Assembly (NCBI GenBank): GCA_051294375.1
Contig: CM119264.1
Location: forward strand, 22,011,578 to 22,075,577
DNA: 64,000 nucleotides
Direction: 5' to 3'
Source of the DNA: Paraspadella gotoi
Taxonomy: Eukaryota; Animalia; Chaetognatha
The first letter of the stretch is position 1. Every line of letters begins with the position of its first letter. This document shows positions 51,260 to 64,000 of this stretch, piece after piece. A program made the translations under genes and the position numbers. The notes beneath the pieces are model-generated. The model did not search any database and had not been told where the DNA came from. It saw only the letters and a program-made list of their open reading frames with translations.

Positions 51260-53740
51260 TCAGTCCTGATTCGGAGACTAATTAGCGGCTTCCTCGATCC
51301 CTCCTCTTGTCACTCAATTTCTCAGGCAATTAAATATTAAAAAAAATAGCAAAGAGAATAAGAAAAAAAAAGCAAAGACTTGAAAAAGACGAAAAAAAAA
51401 CTGTTAATCATTTCCTTCCTCTCTTTTTTTTCCTTTTCCTCTCTTCCATCCTTCATCACTTGACAACGTTCATAACCCATGAGTCGCTTTATTCTCCACT
51501 CTCAAGTCGCAACGCTCTCGCTTCCACTCTTCACAACCCACATTAATTTATTTTTCTTACTTTCCATTACATTCCTTCCTTTCGTTTACAAAATAGTTTC
51601 CATGAATCAACTGCTTCACTTTTTTTCCCCTCAGACAACACTCTCTATCTCCCACTCGTGACATCACGTATTCTACCTGCCCCCCAAAAGCCTTATTCTA
51701 ACTCACCCCTCCCTCCTTCCTCATCCTCGCTCTTTAGAGATTCCACGTCGAAGGCTTTAATTTCGTCTCATTATTCATTGTAGAAACTCACCTTGAAAAA
51801 GTCGAACCGGGGGTTTTTCTTTCCCCCTTCGTCGAACGTCGCTCCTGTTCCCCACCCTCGCAAGTTGCTCGTTAGCTCGATGCTCTTCCCGCTCTTGCCA
51901 ACCCTCAACCCACGAAGCTTTGCGCCATCGCAGGCCCTTCCGCGGACGGCGTTTTTTTTTATGAATTCAGCTCACCTTACCTTACCTCACCTCACCCCAT
52001 CTCACTTTACTCCATGTCACTTCACCTCACCTCATCTTACCTCCCCTTCCGTTTCTAAAACTCCTCTATTCGCTTTTCCGACTTTCATTTATCAGCTGTG
52101 ACTCCATTTTTTTCTTTTCCCCAGCCCCAGCCCTAGCCCCAGCCCTAGCCCCAGCCCCTAGCTGGGTCCTCCCAGTCAGAAAAAGGGGCTCGTTTCTGTT
52201 GTCAAATTGCCCACGATTCTCGGCCTGACAAGATAAACATAAACCTCGCCCACGGGGAGAGAAAAAAAAATAAAGCCAACATTTGCGCCTTCCACTTTTT
52301 TCCATTCCGGATTCCTCACCCTTTTTCGTTTGGGAAGGTAATGAGTCTAACGCCCAAAGTTCCATTCCAACTCGCGAACTCACCAAGTTGTTCTTTCAAT
52401 CCCGAAGCTAAAGCCAAAACTCAGTGGGTTTTTTTAAAATAAAGATTCCTCTTCAAGAATCCCTGTCCATCATTAAAGAGGATAGAACGTCTTCATTTAG
52501 GACTAAAACCTTATGTCTCAGTAAAGTTTGTCCCTGATAAAAGTTCTGTTCCACCCAAAAGCCACACTACGGAAACTTCGAACCTTTCACCGCTTCGCCC
52601 AACCGCATCCGATTTTCTCTGCCCACGCCATTCTCCTAATGTATCATGATATCACCCTCAATCCTCTCAACCCACACACCTATCTCTCCGCGAGACGACC
52701 CCCCCTAAAAAAACATCCCAAACCGTTGGTCCCCGTTGGTTCATCAGTTTGAACCTGAAGCCCTCGTAAAAGGGGCGAGGGATTCCACGCAGCTTAACTT
52801 GTTAACCTTCAAAAATAGAAGGGGGGGGCCGCTGGGTGGCGGGGAGGCAAACGAGGTCCCTACGGTAGATATATACATCGAAGCACCAAGGAACCTTTGT
52901 TGGGGGAGGAAGGTAATAAAGTAAAAAAAAAAGAGAGGAAATATGAGAAGGGAAAATAGACGGGTAATAAACTTTACGCGAAAAATTAAAAAAAAAAAGG
53001 AAAAACCTCAAAACCCCTGGGTAAAAAAAATTCAGTTTGAAAGTAGGGATCGATAAAAAAAAATATGAGGAAAAACTGAAAGAAGAATGGAAGGAAAAAA
53101 AATGATTTTTTTTTCAAAATGGCGGCGGAAATAAGATGAATAATGCAAAAGAGTTAAAAGAGAGGAAAAAAAAAAAGAAAACAGATAGGGAAGGTTAAAC
53201 ACCTTCGAGATTAATACCCGTCTTTAAACAAAAGACGAAATCCCTGGAGGCAACGCCCCCTTCCAACTCACATTTTGCTCCGTTCGCTGATCCTTTTCGT
53301 GGTTCCCTCCCAAACCGTGACTTCGTTTTGGTTTCTTTCGACCTCTAGATTGAACTGTTCGTTGTTTTGATTGTTCTTCTTTGTTTCTGCGATTGTTCGA
53401 CCGCAGTTCTTCGATTGTTTCTTTCATTGGTCAGTTCTTTCTCTCGTTAAACTGTTCTCACTTTTATTTTTGGCACTCAATGATTATGAGCTCAATCATA
53501 GGTTTCACTTTCACTCATCTCACTCTTATCTGTCTCTCACAGCTCTTACTCTCACTCATCCATTTTTCATCGATGCAAAGGCAGAGAGCAAAGGGGTCCC
53601 GAGGCCTTCACTCCCGATTTTTTTTCTCTCGATAGTAATAATACTAAAAGTTCGTAAGTTCGGACACGAAAACAGATGAACAAGTCATTTATAATAACGC
53701 GTCGCTGATGACTTTTTTTTATCGTTTTCTTTTGCGAGAG

Positions 53741-53808
53741 AGCGTGAGAGCGAGAGAGCGAGAGAGCGAGAGAGCGAGAGAGCGAGAGAGCGAGAGAGCG
53801 AGAGAGCG
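53741..53808. repeat. (GCGAGAGA)n octamer microsatellite
   Basis: Direct inspection. Confidence 0.9.
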
Positions 53809-54572
53809 GGACGTCGGCCGACAGAAAAGACCTCAGAAAAAATTTGCGGCGCTATTTTTAGAACGGAGCCGTATTTAGGCCACCGCGCGCCGTAGCTGGT
53901 CAGCCGCCGACCGCCGCGCCGACCCGAACCGCGTTCAGGAGCGCAACGACTTTTCCCTTGAAAAATAAAAACAAATGGTCCAGTTTATCGTTTTGAAAAT
54001 GATTCGTGCCGCCGTTGGGACGAGGACATGCGTCATCGACCGTGACCCGCGTGACCTCGCGGACAGGAACTTCACCGCCCTTCTCAGCCATCCTCACCGT
54101 GAATGGGTTCGTGGCTCTCTCAGTCCGCGCGGAAATATTCGGAATTCGTTGGGAAGTCTTGTTGAGATTTTATCGAAATAGAACAGACTTTTTGAAGAAA
54201 GACAATCTTGTAGGCAATGTAGCGCAATTAAAACACTATTCACGCTGCACGAATTATGGAGATTGCAAACCCTAACTTCTCTTTCTCTCCAACCTCTCTC
54301 CAACTCGTCCGCCCACCATCGTCCACCTTCTCTTTCTTCAGGCCACGCCCCTCTCTTCCCTCTACCCTACTCGTCCTTGAAAAGAAATCGCGCCGAATTC
54401 GCTTCACTGGACGCGAACTTGTAACGCTTTTCTCTCTTTTGCGATGTTTCGATACGAAAAGAAACTGAGAGCAGTCGGCGTGGGGGATTTTGATGGAAGT
54501 CGGTCGAGATGGATGAATGTGGTCGATCGTTTATATCGATTACGTCCTAAGATTATACCGTAGATACATATT

Positions 54573-54634
<62 letters not shown>

Positions 54635-55183
54635 TCTAACCATATCGATTAATCGGAAAGGAAAAATAGGGAACAGTTGGAAGGTTCCAGGTGCAATCTT
54701 AATCTTTAAAGAAATCTGGCACGATAGATGAACAGATAAGTAGATAGATAACTATCTGTATGGTACAATAGATGAAAATAAATAAAGGAGAAGTCGAGAT
54801 GTATTGATAAAAAGATGTAAAGATGTATTGAGAAAAACTGACTTGTGGACTCTTCCCCGCTCTCCTCAATAATCGATCTTTTTCTTTTTCTTTTCTTCTT
54901 TTTTTTCCTTTCTTTTTCTTCTTCTTCTTCTTCTTCTTTTTCTGCTTCTTCTCGGTCACCGATTTATATTTCTCATGAATCTTTGATCTGATGATTTTGT
55001 CGTTCGGCGCTGCTCTGACCGTTAAGGGACGCATAAAAATAACAATTATCTCAAATTTTTTTGGGTTTTTTTTTGTGAAAATAACATTTATCGAAATATT
55101 CCAGCTTGTCAAGAAAATACACAAATATTCCTAATTTATTATATATTTGTCCTGTTGTTGCTTGCATTAAAGTCATCATCATC

Positions 55184-55347
55184 ATTGAAAGCTTGCAAGA
55201 AGTGAATAAACGAGACTATGAGCTTGCAGGGACCCGTTGTAAAAGTGATGGAGGCCTTAAACCACCACAGCATGTTCAAAGTAAGGGGCAAGATAGCTTA
55301 TTTATCAAATGAATGGATAATTTTTATATTTTTTGTACCAATTTCAT
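55184..55347 (+). mobile_element. Family A element, rearranged and left-truncated copy
   Basis: ttgaaagcttgca, agtgaataaacgagact, agtgatggaggccttaaaccacca and ggggcaagatagcttattt..tgtaccaatttcat. Confidence 0.8.
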
Positions 55348-55624
55348 ATGCCATAAGACATAATGTTTAAGAATAACAGTCTTTTATTAGGTGAACGCAT
55401 ATATTTGTTAAGAGATATTTTGGTTAATATGGTTAACCATAAAACATTTGCTTTAAGCACTGCAACTATTTCTTTTCTATTCTGTTCTATTCTATAATAT
55501 TTAAAATATCATCTCGTTTTTAGAAACACTCGCTGTGAACGGTTTTCATGTATTAATAGAACTAAATACCTGTATTTTTTAAGAAAAAAATATTCAACAT
55601 TGAGAAACTTTACCCTCATCCCAT

Positions 55625-55756
55625 TCATTATAATCATCATCATCTTTATCGTCATCGCCATCATCATTATCATCGGCGTCATCATCATCATCGGCGTCAT
55701 CATCATCATCGGTGTCATCATCATCATCATCATCCTCATCATCATCCTCATCATCC

Positions 55757-55838
<82 letters not shown>

Positions 55839-55850
55839 AATCATCATCCT
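55625..55850. repeat. (ATC)n trinucleotide microsatellite
   Basis: Direct inspection; source of the poly-M, poly-D and poly-I ORFs. Confidence 0.95.
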
Positions 55851-56106
55851 TTCGCCGTCGGGTTATAAATTCCAGCCTCATCAACCTGAGAATATATTCC
55901 TCAGCCACCTGCTATCTCGTTCCGTTAGTCCGCTTTCCCGTTGCGCTGTGGATATAAAAGCGTCCCTCCGAATTGTTTCGGGTTCGAATCTCGAATTTAA
56001 TCGTCTGACTGCGCGTTGCTAGTTGTTTTTATCATTGAACTTGTTACCCTGAAGTGTTTAGGATCTTTAGTCAATGTCTCGAGTTCTTTTCCGAGAAAAG
56101 AAGAAG

Positions 56107-56169
<63 letters not shown>
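56107..56169. repeat. (AACGAC)n hexamer microsatellite
   Basis: Direct inspection. Confidence 0.93.
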
Positions 56170-56170
<1 letters not shown>

Positions 56171-56470
56171 TGCACCGACCACTCGAGAACCGCATTCCTC
56201 TTTTCGCCGGCGTTAACCTCCGAGTCGCAACGAAAACCAAAGTTTTTTCTCCGTTTCGCTCTGGTGCCAAATAAGGAGAGAAGAAAAAAAAGGGAAAGAG
56301 GAAAAAAAGGGAAAGAAAAAAAGGAAAAAGTAATACCCGGAAGAAATTGGGGTTATCGGCGCCGGAAAAGGAGGAGAGAGACGAATGGTGATCGTCGGCG
56401 TTTGCCGATTAAATAATCACGCCTCGATATTGTGATCGACCTTGTTTTTGTCTTGCAAAGACGACGACGA

Positions 56471-56786
56471 TTTTTAGTTGAGCCGCGAGTACTCGTGGAG
56501 ATACTCTATAAGTCACTTTTCGGTCGGTCTGTCGGTCGCTATGTTGGTCCGTCGGTCTGTCCTACTTAAGTTAAAAAAGCATATATTTCGCCTATATATA
56601 CGGCTATAGTTGGTTGCTCATTTGTTAAGACAGGAAAAAACCTCAAATCTAAGGGACTGCTACCGCAGCCTTCAGAAAGCTTTTTACTCATGTCATGTCA
56701 TGTCATATCATATCATGGGATCAAAGGGAAATGCACGTAAAGATAAAGTCACTGCGGCGCAACACATTGGAATTACCGTTCTTGTT
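56471..56786 (+). mobile_element. Helentron-associated non-autonomous element (HINE/DINE-1-like), copy 3
   Basis: TTTTTAGTTGAGCCGCGAGTACTCGTGG start, cggtcggtctgtcggtc tract, (CATGT)n, GCGGCGCAAC subterminal repeat at 56754-56763, CTTGTT end. Confidence 0.8.
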
Positions 56787-57454
56787 AAATTTATTCTCAA
56801 TGAGACTCAGATCTCTTATGCCCAATTCCTCATATTTAACTTAAATTCTAAACCTATTAGCGAAACTTATTCTCATAATCCATAATAAAATCCCTTGTCT
56901 CATCGCTAACCCTAACCGCCTACCCTCCCTTAATTTTAAAATTGTCCATATTATATTGGTTATTGTTGATAAGTTATTGTCAATATTGTCAATATTAAAT
57001 ATAACTTTCTGGTTTATTAATTTTTTTGATTATTTTAATTTTTCCCTCATTTCGGACGACATTCAGTTTATAATATTTCACTGTCGTCGTCTTCGTCGTC
57101 ATGGTCTTTGTTGTCGACGCGGTCGTAAGAGAAAATGGAAGTGATTGATCTCTCGAGGAGCGAGACGATCACCTGTGAGGAATTGGCGTGAATGCGCAAT
57201 GTGGTGATGAGTGGGGGGTGAGGGTTGTTGGCGCGGGAGAGGTGAGGGTAGAAAAGGGATGAAAGGGTTTGGGAGATCGGCGAGGGGAAGCCTCGAGCGG
57301 AATGGCGGGGGCGCGAGTGAAGAAGTTAATTACGTCACGTGAGTCTGCACCAATAAGTCAGAGGAACTTAAGTATATTGGCAACGGCGGGGAAGTTGAAG
57401 ATAGATGGACTCGCAATTTGGGGATCGTTTTTTTTTTGGCGGGGGGGGGGGCAT

Positions 57455-57873
57455 TATAAGAGCTTAGTAGATGGATGAAGGAAAATATCAAAGGCCTTGC
57501 TATCAAGCCAGAACGACTACACTATAAGAGCTTAAAAGGGCGGATGACAGAAAATATCAAAGAGCCTCGCTATCAAGCCAGAACGACTACACTATAAGAG
57601 CTTAAAAGGGCGGATGACAGAAAATATCAAAGAGCCTCGCTATCAAGCCAGAACGACTACACGCTAATAAAGAGCTTAAAAGGGCGGATGACCGAAAATA
57701 TCAAAGAGCCTTGCTATCAAGCCAGAACGACTACACTAAAGAGCTTAAAAGGGCGGATGACAGAAAATATCAAAGAGCCTTGCTATCAAGCCAGAACGAC
57801 TAAACTATAAGAGCTTAAAAGGGTGGATGACAAAAAAATATCAAAGGCCCACGCTATCGAGCCAGAACGACTA
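57455..57873. repeat. ~70-bp minisatellite, 6 copies
   Basis: ctataagagcttaaaagggcggatgacagaaaatatcaaagagccttgctatcaagccagaacgactaca; unit starts near 57455, 57523, 57593, 57665, 57736 and 57806; no unique spacers. Confidence 0.95.
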
Positions 57874-58449
57874 TAGTCAGGAGGGAGCGGGGTTAGGTTG
57901 GGGAGAATTAACTAAACGGCGAACGAAGGATTTAAGGTGTGTCGGAAGTTGTCCCTGGATTTGGGACAGGGATTTGTGTAAACAATGATTGCCGAAATTG
58001 TGGTTTTGGTTTTCGTCATTGTCGTCGTCCTGGTCGTCGTCCGGGTCGTCGTCCTGGTCGTCGTCATCGTTGTCGTCTTAAATGCATATTGATGTTGCTG
58101 CGAGAGAGAAGGACTTCGTCGTCGTCGTCGTCGTTGTCGTCGCAAGCTGCTGCGACGGTGCGCTGGAAATCGTCGACGCTGTCGTCGTCGCCCATCGTCG
58201 CAGTCGGTTTAGTTGTCGTCGACAATTTATTATGCCCGTTTCCTCTCTTTGAAATTACCATAACTTCGTCGTTTGTACATTACAAAGACTAAAAAATAAA
58301 AAAAGAGAGAAAGAAATAAAGAAAAAAAAGAAGGAAAGAGAGAGAGAGAGAGAAAAAAAAGGTGAAAAGGAGAAAGGAAATGCTCCCCAGCAACGTTAGA
58401 AATTGAAAAGAAATTTTTTTTTCTTCTAAAGGTTGTTGTTTGTTGTTTA

Positions 58450-58480
<31 letters not shown>

Positions 58481-58789
58481 TTCCTCTTCGTCGTAACGTT
58501 GTTTTCTTTTCTTTCTCCCGATGACGAATGCGAAAAAGATGAGGGATAATGAGGAAGAGCGCGTAACGCGAAAAGTGAAAAGTAAAAAAAGGAAAAAAAA
58601 AGGAGAAAAAAGTGAAAAGGAAAAAAGAAACTCGCCTCGCGCGAGAGGAAAAAAAATATAGTGTAGCGCTACACATATTCGTTCCAGACTTTTTTTTTTT
58701 AAAGTCGCGCTGGATGTTGCAATGTGTGGAAAGATGGCGCGTGTGGGATGAGGGATGAGCGGACAACTGCATTGGGGAAAACTGATATT

Positions 58790-61700
58790 GCAATTGACTG
58801 TGGCTTTGGCTTTGGAGAGGGCTGTGGCGATGACTGTGGAGATGGCTGTGGCGATGGCAGTGACGATGGCAGTGGCGATGGCAGTGGCATTTCACAGGCC
58901 ACTTTCCACTGCCATCGCCCACTGCCATCGCCACAGTCATTAGCCACTGCCATCGGCCACAGTCCAATGCCACAGCCCATCGCCACTGCCATCGCCATCG
59001 GCCACTGCCATCGCCACATCATTGACCACTGCCATGCGCCACAGTGCATCTGCACTGCATCGCCACATTCATTGCACTTGCCATACCACTGCCATGCCCA
59101 GTCATTGCCATCGCCATCGCCATGCATTGCCACTGCCATCGCCATGCATCGCACTGCCATCACTTGCCATAGCCACTACATCGCCACTGCCATCGCCATG
59201 CCCGCCACTGCCCATCGACGCCCCACAGTCATTGCCACTGCCATCGCCCACAAGTCATTGCCAACTGCCATCCGCCACTGCCAGTTCGCCATGCATGTGC
59301 ACAGTCATTGCCACTCGCCATCGCCACTGCCATTGCCACTCCATACGGCCACTCCATCGTCACGCCATTTTCACTAGCCATTTCACCTGCCATCGCCATC
59401 TCGCCATCCCACGCCATCGCGCACAGCCATCGCCACAGTCATTGCCACTGCCATTAGCCACTCATCGCCATCGCCATCGCCACTTGCCATCGCCAACATC
59501 ATTGCCACTACCATCGCCACACTGCCATGCCATGCCCGCATCGCCATCCGCAGTCACTGCCATGGCCACTGCCATCCATGCAATGACCCACTTGCCATTG
59601 TTGTCTTAATTTTGGTTTGTTGATTTATGTACGTTTTGGCCACTCCACTGCCAAGCATCGCCACTGCCATCGCCACAGTCATTGCCACTGCCATTTGCGC
59701 AACTGCATCGCCATGCGCCACTGCCATCGCCAGTTGTCTCAGTCATTGCCCACTGCCACGCCATCGCCATGCTCACAGCAATCCGCCATCCCATCTGCCA
59801 TCGCCATCGCCACTGCCATCGCCACATCAGCCTTGCCATCCTGCCACGCCATCCCGCATCCCACAACATGCCCTAGCCCTCGCACCCTCATCGCCCATGC
59901 CATTCGCATCGCCAGCTCGCCCAGTCTGCACTCATGCCTCAGCATTCCATCATCGCCCACTTGCCACTACAGAAGCCAGCCTCGCCACTGCCATTGCCAA
60001 CTGCCAATCGCCACTGCCATCGTCTATGCCATTTTCACTGCCATTTCCACTTGCCATCGCCACCTGCCATCGCACAGTCATTGCCACGCCATCGCCACTG
60101 CATTCCGCCACCAGTCATTGACACTTGCATCGCCACTGCATCGCCACTGCCATCCGCCACAGTCATTTGCCACTTGCCATCTCCACGGCCATCGCCATCG
60201 CCACTGCATCGCCACAGTCATTGCCCACTATCCATCGCCACTTGCCATCGCCATCGCCAACTGCCATCGCCCACAGTCATTCCACTTGCCATCTGCCTCA
60301 TTGGCCCAGCCCGCGGCGCGCGATGCCGCCATTAACCTCATCGCCAACGTCATTGGCCAACTAGCCATCGGCCACTGCCATCGCCACAGTTATTAGCCCT
60401 GCCATCGGCCACTAGCATACAGCCCACAGTCATAGCGAAACGCCATCGCCACTGCCAACTCGCCACTGAAGGCCATGCAGCAGTCTTTATGCCATGAGCC
60501 ATCGCACTTGCCATCCGCCACAGTCATGTGCCACTGGCCATCGGGGGGAGCACTGCCATCGCCACAGTCATTGCCACTGCATTAGCCACTGCCATCGCCA
60601 TCGCCACGCCATAGCCAGTCCATTTGCCCACAGTCATTGCCAGAGCCACTTCGGCCATTTACCCACTGCCATCGCCACTGCAATCGGGCCACTAGCCATA
60701 TGCGCACAGGGTCATTGCCACTGCAGCATAGCCATGCCATTGCCCACTTGCCATCGCCACTGCCATCGTCACTGGCATTTTCACGTGCCATTTCCACTTC
60801 CATCTTCACTAAGCCATGCCCGCTCCCACTTCCACGCCACAGTTCATCTGCCCACCTGCCCATCGCCCATTGCCATACGCCATCGCCACAGCCATTCGCC
60901 ACAGATCATTGCCACTGCCATAGCAGCGCTCCAAGGCCATCGCACATCATGCCACGCTGCGCTATCGCACCAGGCCACCAATGCCATCATCGCCACGCCA
61001 TTGCCACTGCCATCGCCATCTGCCCATTCGCCATCTTGCCATCGCACATCATTGCACTGCCAATCTGCCTGCCATGCCATGCATGCCTAGCCACTGATGC
61101 ACGCATGCCACAGTCATTGCCACTGCCATCGCCACTGGCCATTGCCACAGTCATATGCCACTAGCCATTCGCCACATGCCATTGCACTCCCAATCGTCAT
61201 GCCATCGTCAATGCCATTTTACTTTACTGCCATTTTACCACTGCCATCCGCCACTCCATAGCCACTGCCATCGCACACTGCCATCGCCATCGGCCACTGC
61301 CCATCGCCACAGTCATTGCACTTGCCATCCCATCGCCACAGCCATCGCCCACGAGTCATTGCCACTGCCATGAGCCACTGCCATCGCCATCGCACTTGCC
61401 ATCGTCGCGACAATATCATTGCCACTGCCATCGCCACTGCCATCTCGCCATTCGCCATCGCCACTGCGCATCGCCACAGGTCCATTGCCACTGAGCCACG
61501 ATACGAAATCGTCCCGACTGATCCACATGCCCTGCCATCGATCCCATCCATGCCACTCCATCGCCACAGTTCATTGCAAGTCACTTGCGCAACTCCAGTC
61601 GCCAGTGTCCACTGCATCGCCAGCTCGCCACTGCCATGCGCACAAGTCCATTAGGCATCCACATGTCACTGGCATCCCTGCATTACTGCCATTTTCAACT

Positions 61701-64000
61701 GCCATCCTCACTTCGCACGCATCGCCACTGCCATTGCCACAGTCATTGCAACTCCATCGCCATAGCCATTGTCCACTTCATGCCCTGCATTCGCACTGCC
61801 AATCATTCCTGCCTCCAATCATCTGCATTCCACATATGCCATGCCATCGCCACTGCCATTCCCGTGTCCATCGCCACGCCATCGTCACTGCCATTCCTTG
61901 CCACACTTCCATCGGCCACTGCCATCCACTTCCATCGCCACTGCCATCGCAACTGCCAATCGCACAGTCATTGCCACTGCCATCGCCATTTGCCAATTGC
62001 CATTCGCCACAGCCATCGCCACAGTCATTGCCACATGCCATAGCACTGCCATCGCCATCCCACTGCCATCGCCACATCATTGCCACGCCATCGCACTGCC
62101 ATCGCTCACCCATCGCCACTGCCATCGCCACAGTCATTGTCCACTGCACGCCACTTGCAACGCCACTGCCATCGCCCACAGTCATTGCCACTGCCATCGC
62201 CACTGCCATCCGCACTGTCATTGCCACTGCCATCGCCACTGCCATCGCCACTTGCCATCGCCATTGCCTTCGCCATCGCCATCGCCACAGCCATCGCCAC
62301 AGTCATTTGCCACTGCCATATGCCACTGCCATCGCCATCGCCACTGCCCTCCACACAATCATTGCCACTGCCATCGCCACTGCCATGCCATCGCCATCGC
62401 CACTGCCATCGCCACAGTCATTGCCACTGCCACCGCCACTGCCATCGCCATCGCCACTGCCATCGCACAGTCATTGCACTTGCCATCGCCAGTCATGCCA
62501 CTGCCATCGCCATCGCCACAAGCCATCGCCACAGTCCACTTGCCCACTGCCATAGCCACTGCCATCGCCATCGCCACTGCCATCGCCACATCCATTGCCA
62601 CTGCCATCGCCACTGCCATCGCCATTCTCCATCGCCACACGCCATCCGCCCAGCTCATTGCCACTGCCATCGCCACTGCCATCGCCACAGTCATTGCCAC
62701 TGCCATCGCCACTGCCATCGCCATCGCCACTGCCATCGCCCACAGTCATTGCCACTGCCATCGCCAACTGCCATCGCCATCAGCCACTGCCATCGCCACA
62801 GTCATATCACTGCCATTGCCACTGCCATCGACATCGCCACTGCCATCGCCACAGTCATTGCACTGCCATCGCCACTGCCATCGGCATCCCCACGCCATCG
62901 CCACGATCATTGCCACTACCATCTCCACAGTCATTGCCACTGCCATCGCCACTGCCATCGCCACAGTCATTGCCACTGCCATCGCCACTGCCATCGCCAC
63001 AGTCTATTGCCACTGCATCGCCACGCCATTGCCACATGCCATCGCCATGCATCGCGAAGTCATGCCACGTCCATCGCCCACTGCCATGCCACTGCCATCG
63101 CCACTGCATCGTCACTCCATTTTCACTGCCATTTCCACTGCCATCGCCACTGCCATCGCCACAGTCATGCCACTGCCATCGCCACTGCCATCGCCACTCT
63201 GCCATGCCATCGCCACTGCCATCGCCAGTCTTGCAATACTGCTCCATCGCCCACAGTCATTGCCACTGCCAACGCCACTGCCCCTATGCCACTGCCATCG
63301 CCACTGCCATCGTCACTTCCATTTTAACTGCCATTTTCACTGCCATCGCCACTGCCATTTCCACTGCCATCGCCACCGTCATGCCACTGCCATCGCCACT
63401 GCCATTTTAACTGCCATTTTCACTTGCATTCGCTACTGCCATTTCCACGCCATCGCCACAGTCATAGCCACTGCCATCGCCACTGCCATTTTAACTGCCA
63501 TTTTCACTGCCATCTCCACTGTCATCTCCTCTGCCATCGCCACTGCCATCGCCACTGCCATCGCCACTTGCCATCGCCACTAGTCATGCCACTAGCATGC
63601 CACTGCCATCGCTCACTGCCATCATCGCCACTGCCATCGTTCACTGCCATCGCCACAGCCATCGCCAGAGTCATAGCCACTGCTATTTTCACTGCCATCC
63701 GCCTCTGCCATTCTCACTGCCATCGCCACTGCCATCGCCACTGCCATTTCCACTGCCATATCCACTGCCATCTCCACAGTCATCTCCACTGCCATTTCAC
63801 ACTGCCATCGCCACTGCCATTGTCACTGCCATCGCCACAGTTCATAGCACACTGCCATCATCCACTGCCATTTTCACTGCCATTTTCATCTGCCATCGCC
63901 ACAGTCATTGCCACTGCCATCGCCCCTGCCATCGTCACTGCAATTTTTCACTGCCATATTCCATCGCCATCTCCACAGTTTCATCTCCACCTGCCATTAT
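58790..64000. repeat. GCCAYY hexamer-based satellite (GCCACT/GCCATC/GCCACAGTCATT), >5 kb, running off the window end; first ~100 bp in the opposite orientation
   Basis: Direct inspection; indel-noisy; tggcga/tggcag units at 58790-58889, gccact/gccatc units from ~58898. Confidence 0.95.

Noticed and set aside
53975-54181. 68-aa ATG-initiated ORF in GC-richer DNA
   Set aside because: No recognisable homology or splice context, and overlapping ORFs of similar size occur in other frames.
56905-56920. ctaaccctaacc telomere-like motif
   Set aside because: Only two units; not an interstitial telomeric array.
57455-57873. Possible CRISPR array or tandem hammerhead ribozymes
   Set aside because: Units are contiguous with no unique spacers, there are no cas genes, and GGATGACAGAAA lacks the CUGANGA core and a stem II.
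61769-63583. 604-aa ORF and overlapping His/Cys-rich or Ala/Thr-rich ORFs suggesting a metal-binding or antifreeze-like protein
   Set aside because: The hexamer unit lacks stops, several frames are open at once, and the peptide pattern switches at each indel, as expected for satellite DNA.

Overview
Repeat-rich eukaryotic genomic DNA, most likely from an invertebrate animal (inference). It has spliceosomal GT-AG introns, very abundant (CT/AG)n and no prokaryotic gene density. The assembly is a draft with scaffold gaps, and parts look like unpolished long-read sequence. Four of the five 25-N gaps sit next to indel-ridden duplicate copies of nearby sequence, so roughly 10 kb of the window is probably redundant. 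Nearly all supplied ORFs are microsatellite, gap or satellite artefacts. The supportable content is: (1) a clean two-coding-exon minus-strand gene for a 64-aa coiled-coil microprotein with HSBP1-like motifs at 48.3-48.9 kb, absent from the ORF track; (2) a probable frameshift-corrupted MFSD4-like MFS transporter gene at 1.1-4.9 kb; (3) three copies of a Helentron-associated (HINE/DINE-1-like) non-autonomous element; (4) an unclassified ~245-bp interspersed element at six loci, all in the same orientation, one present in only one of two duplicate copies of its locus and one enclosed by 49-bp inverted repeats; (5) several minisatellites, a perfect 45-bp palindrome, an ETS-CRE composite motif, and a >5-kb GCCAYY satellite with an orientation switch near its edge. 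No CRISPR array, rRNA, tRNA or autonomous transposon ORF was found. I cannot claim a clearly novel multi-gene system; the microprotein and the 245-bp element are the best leads.
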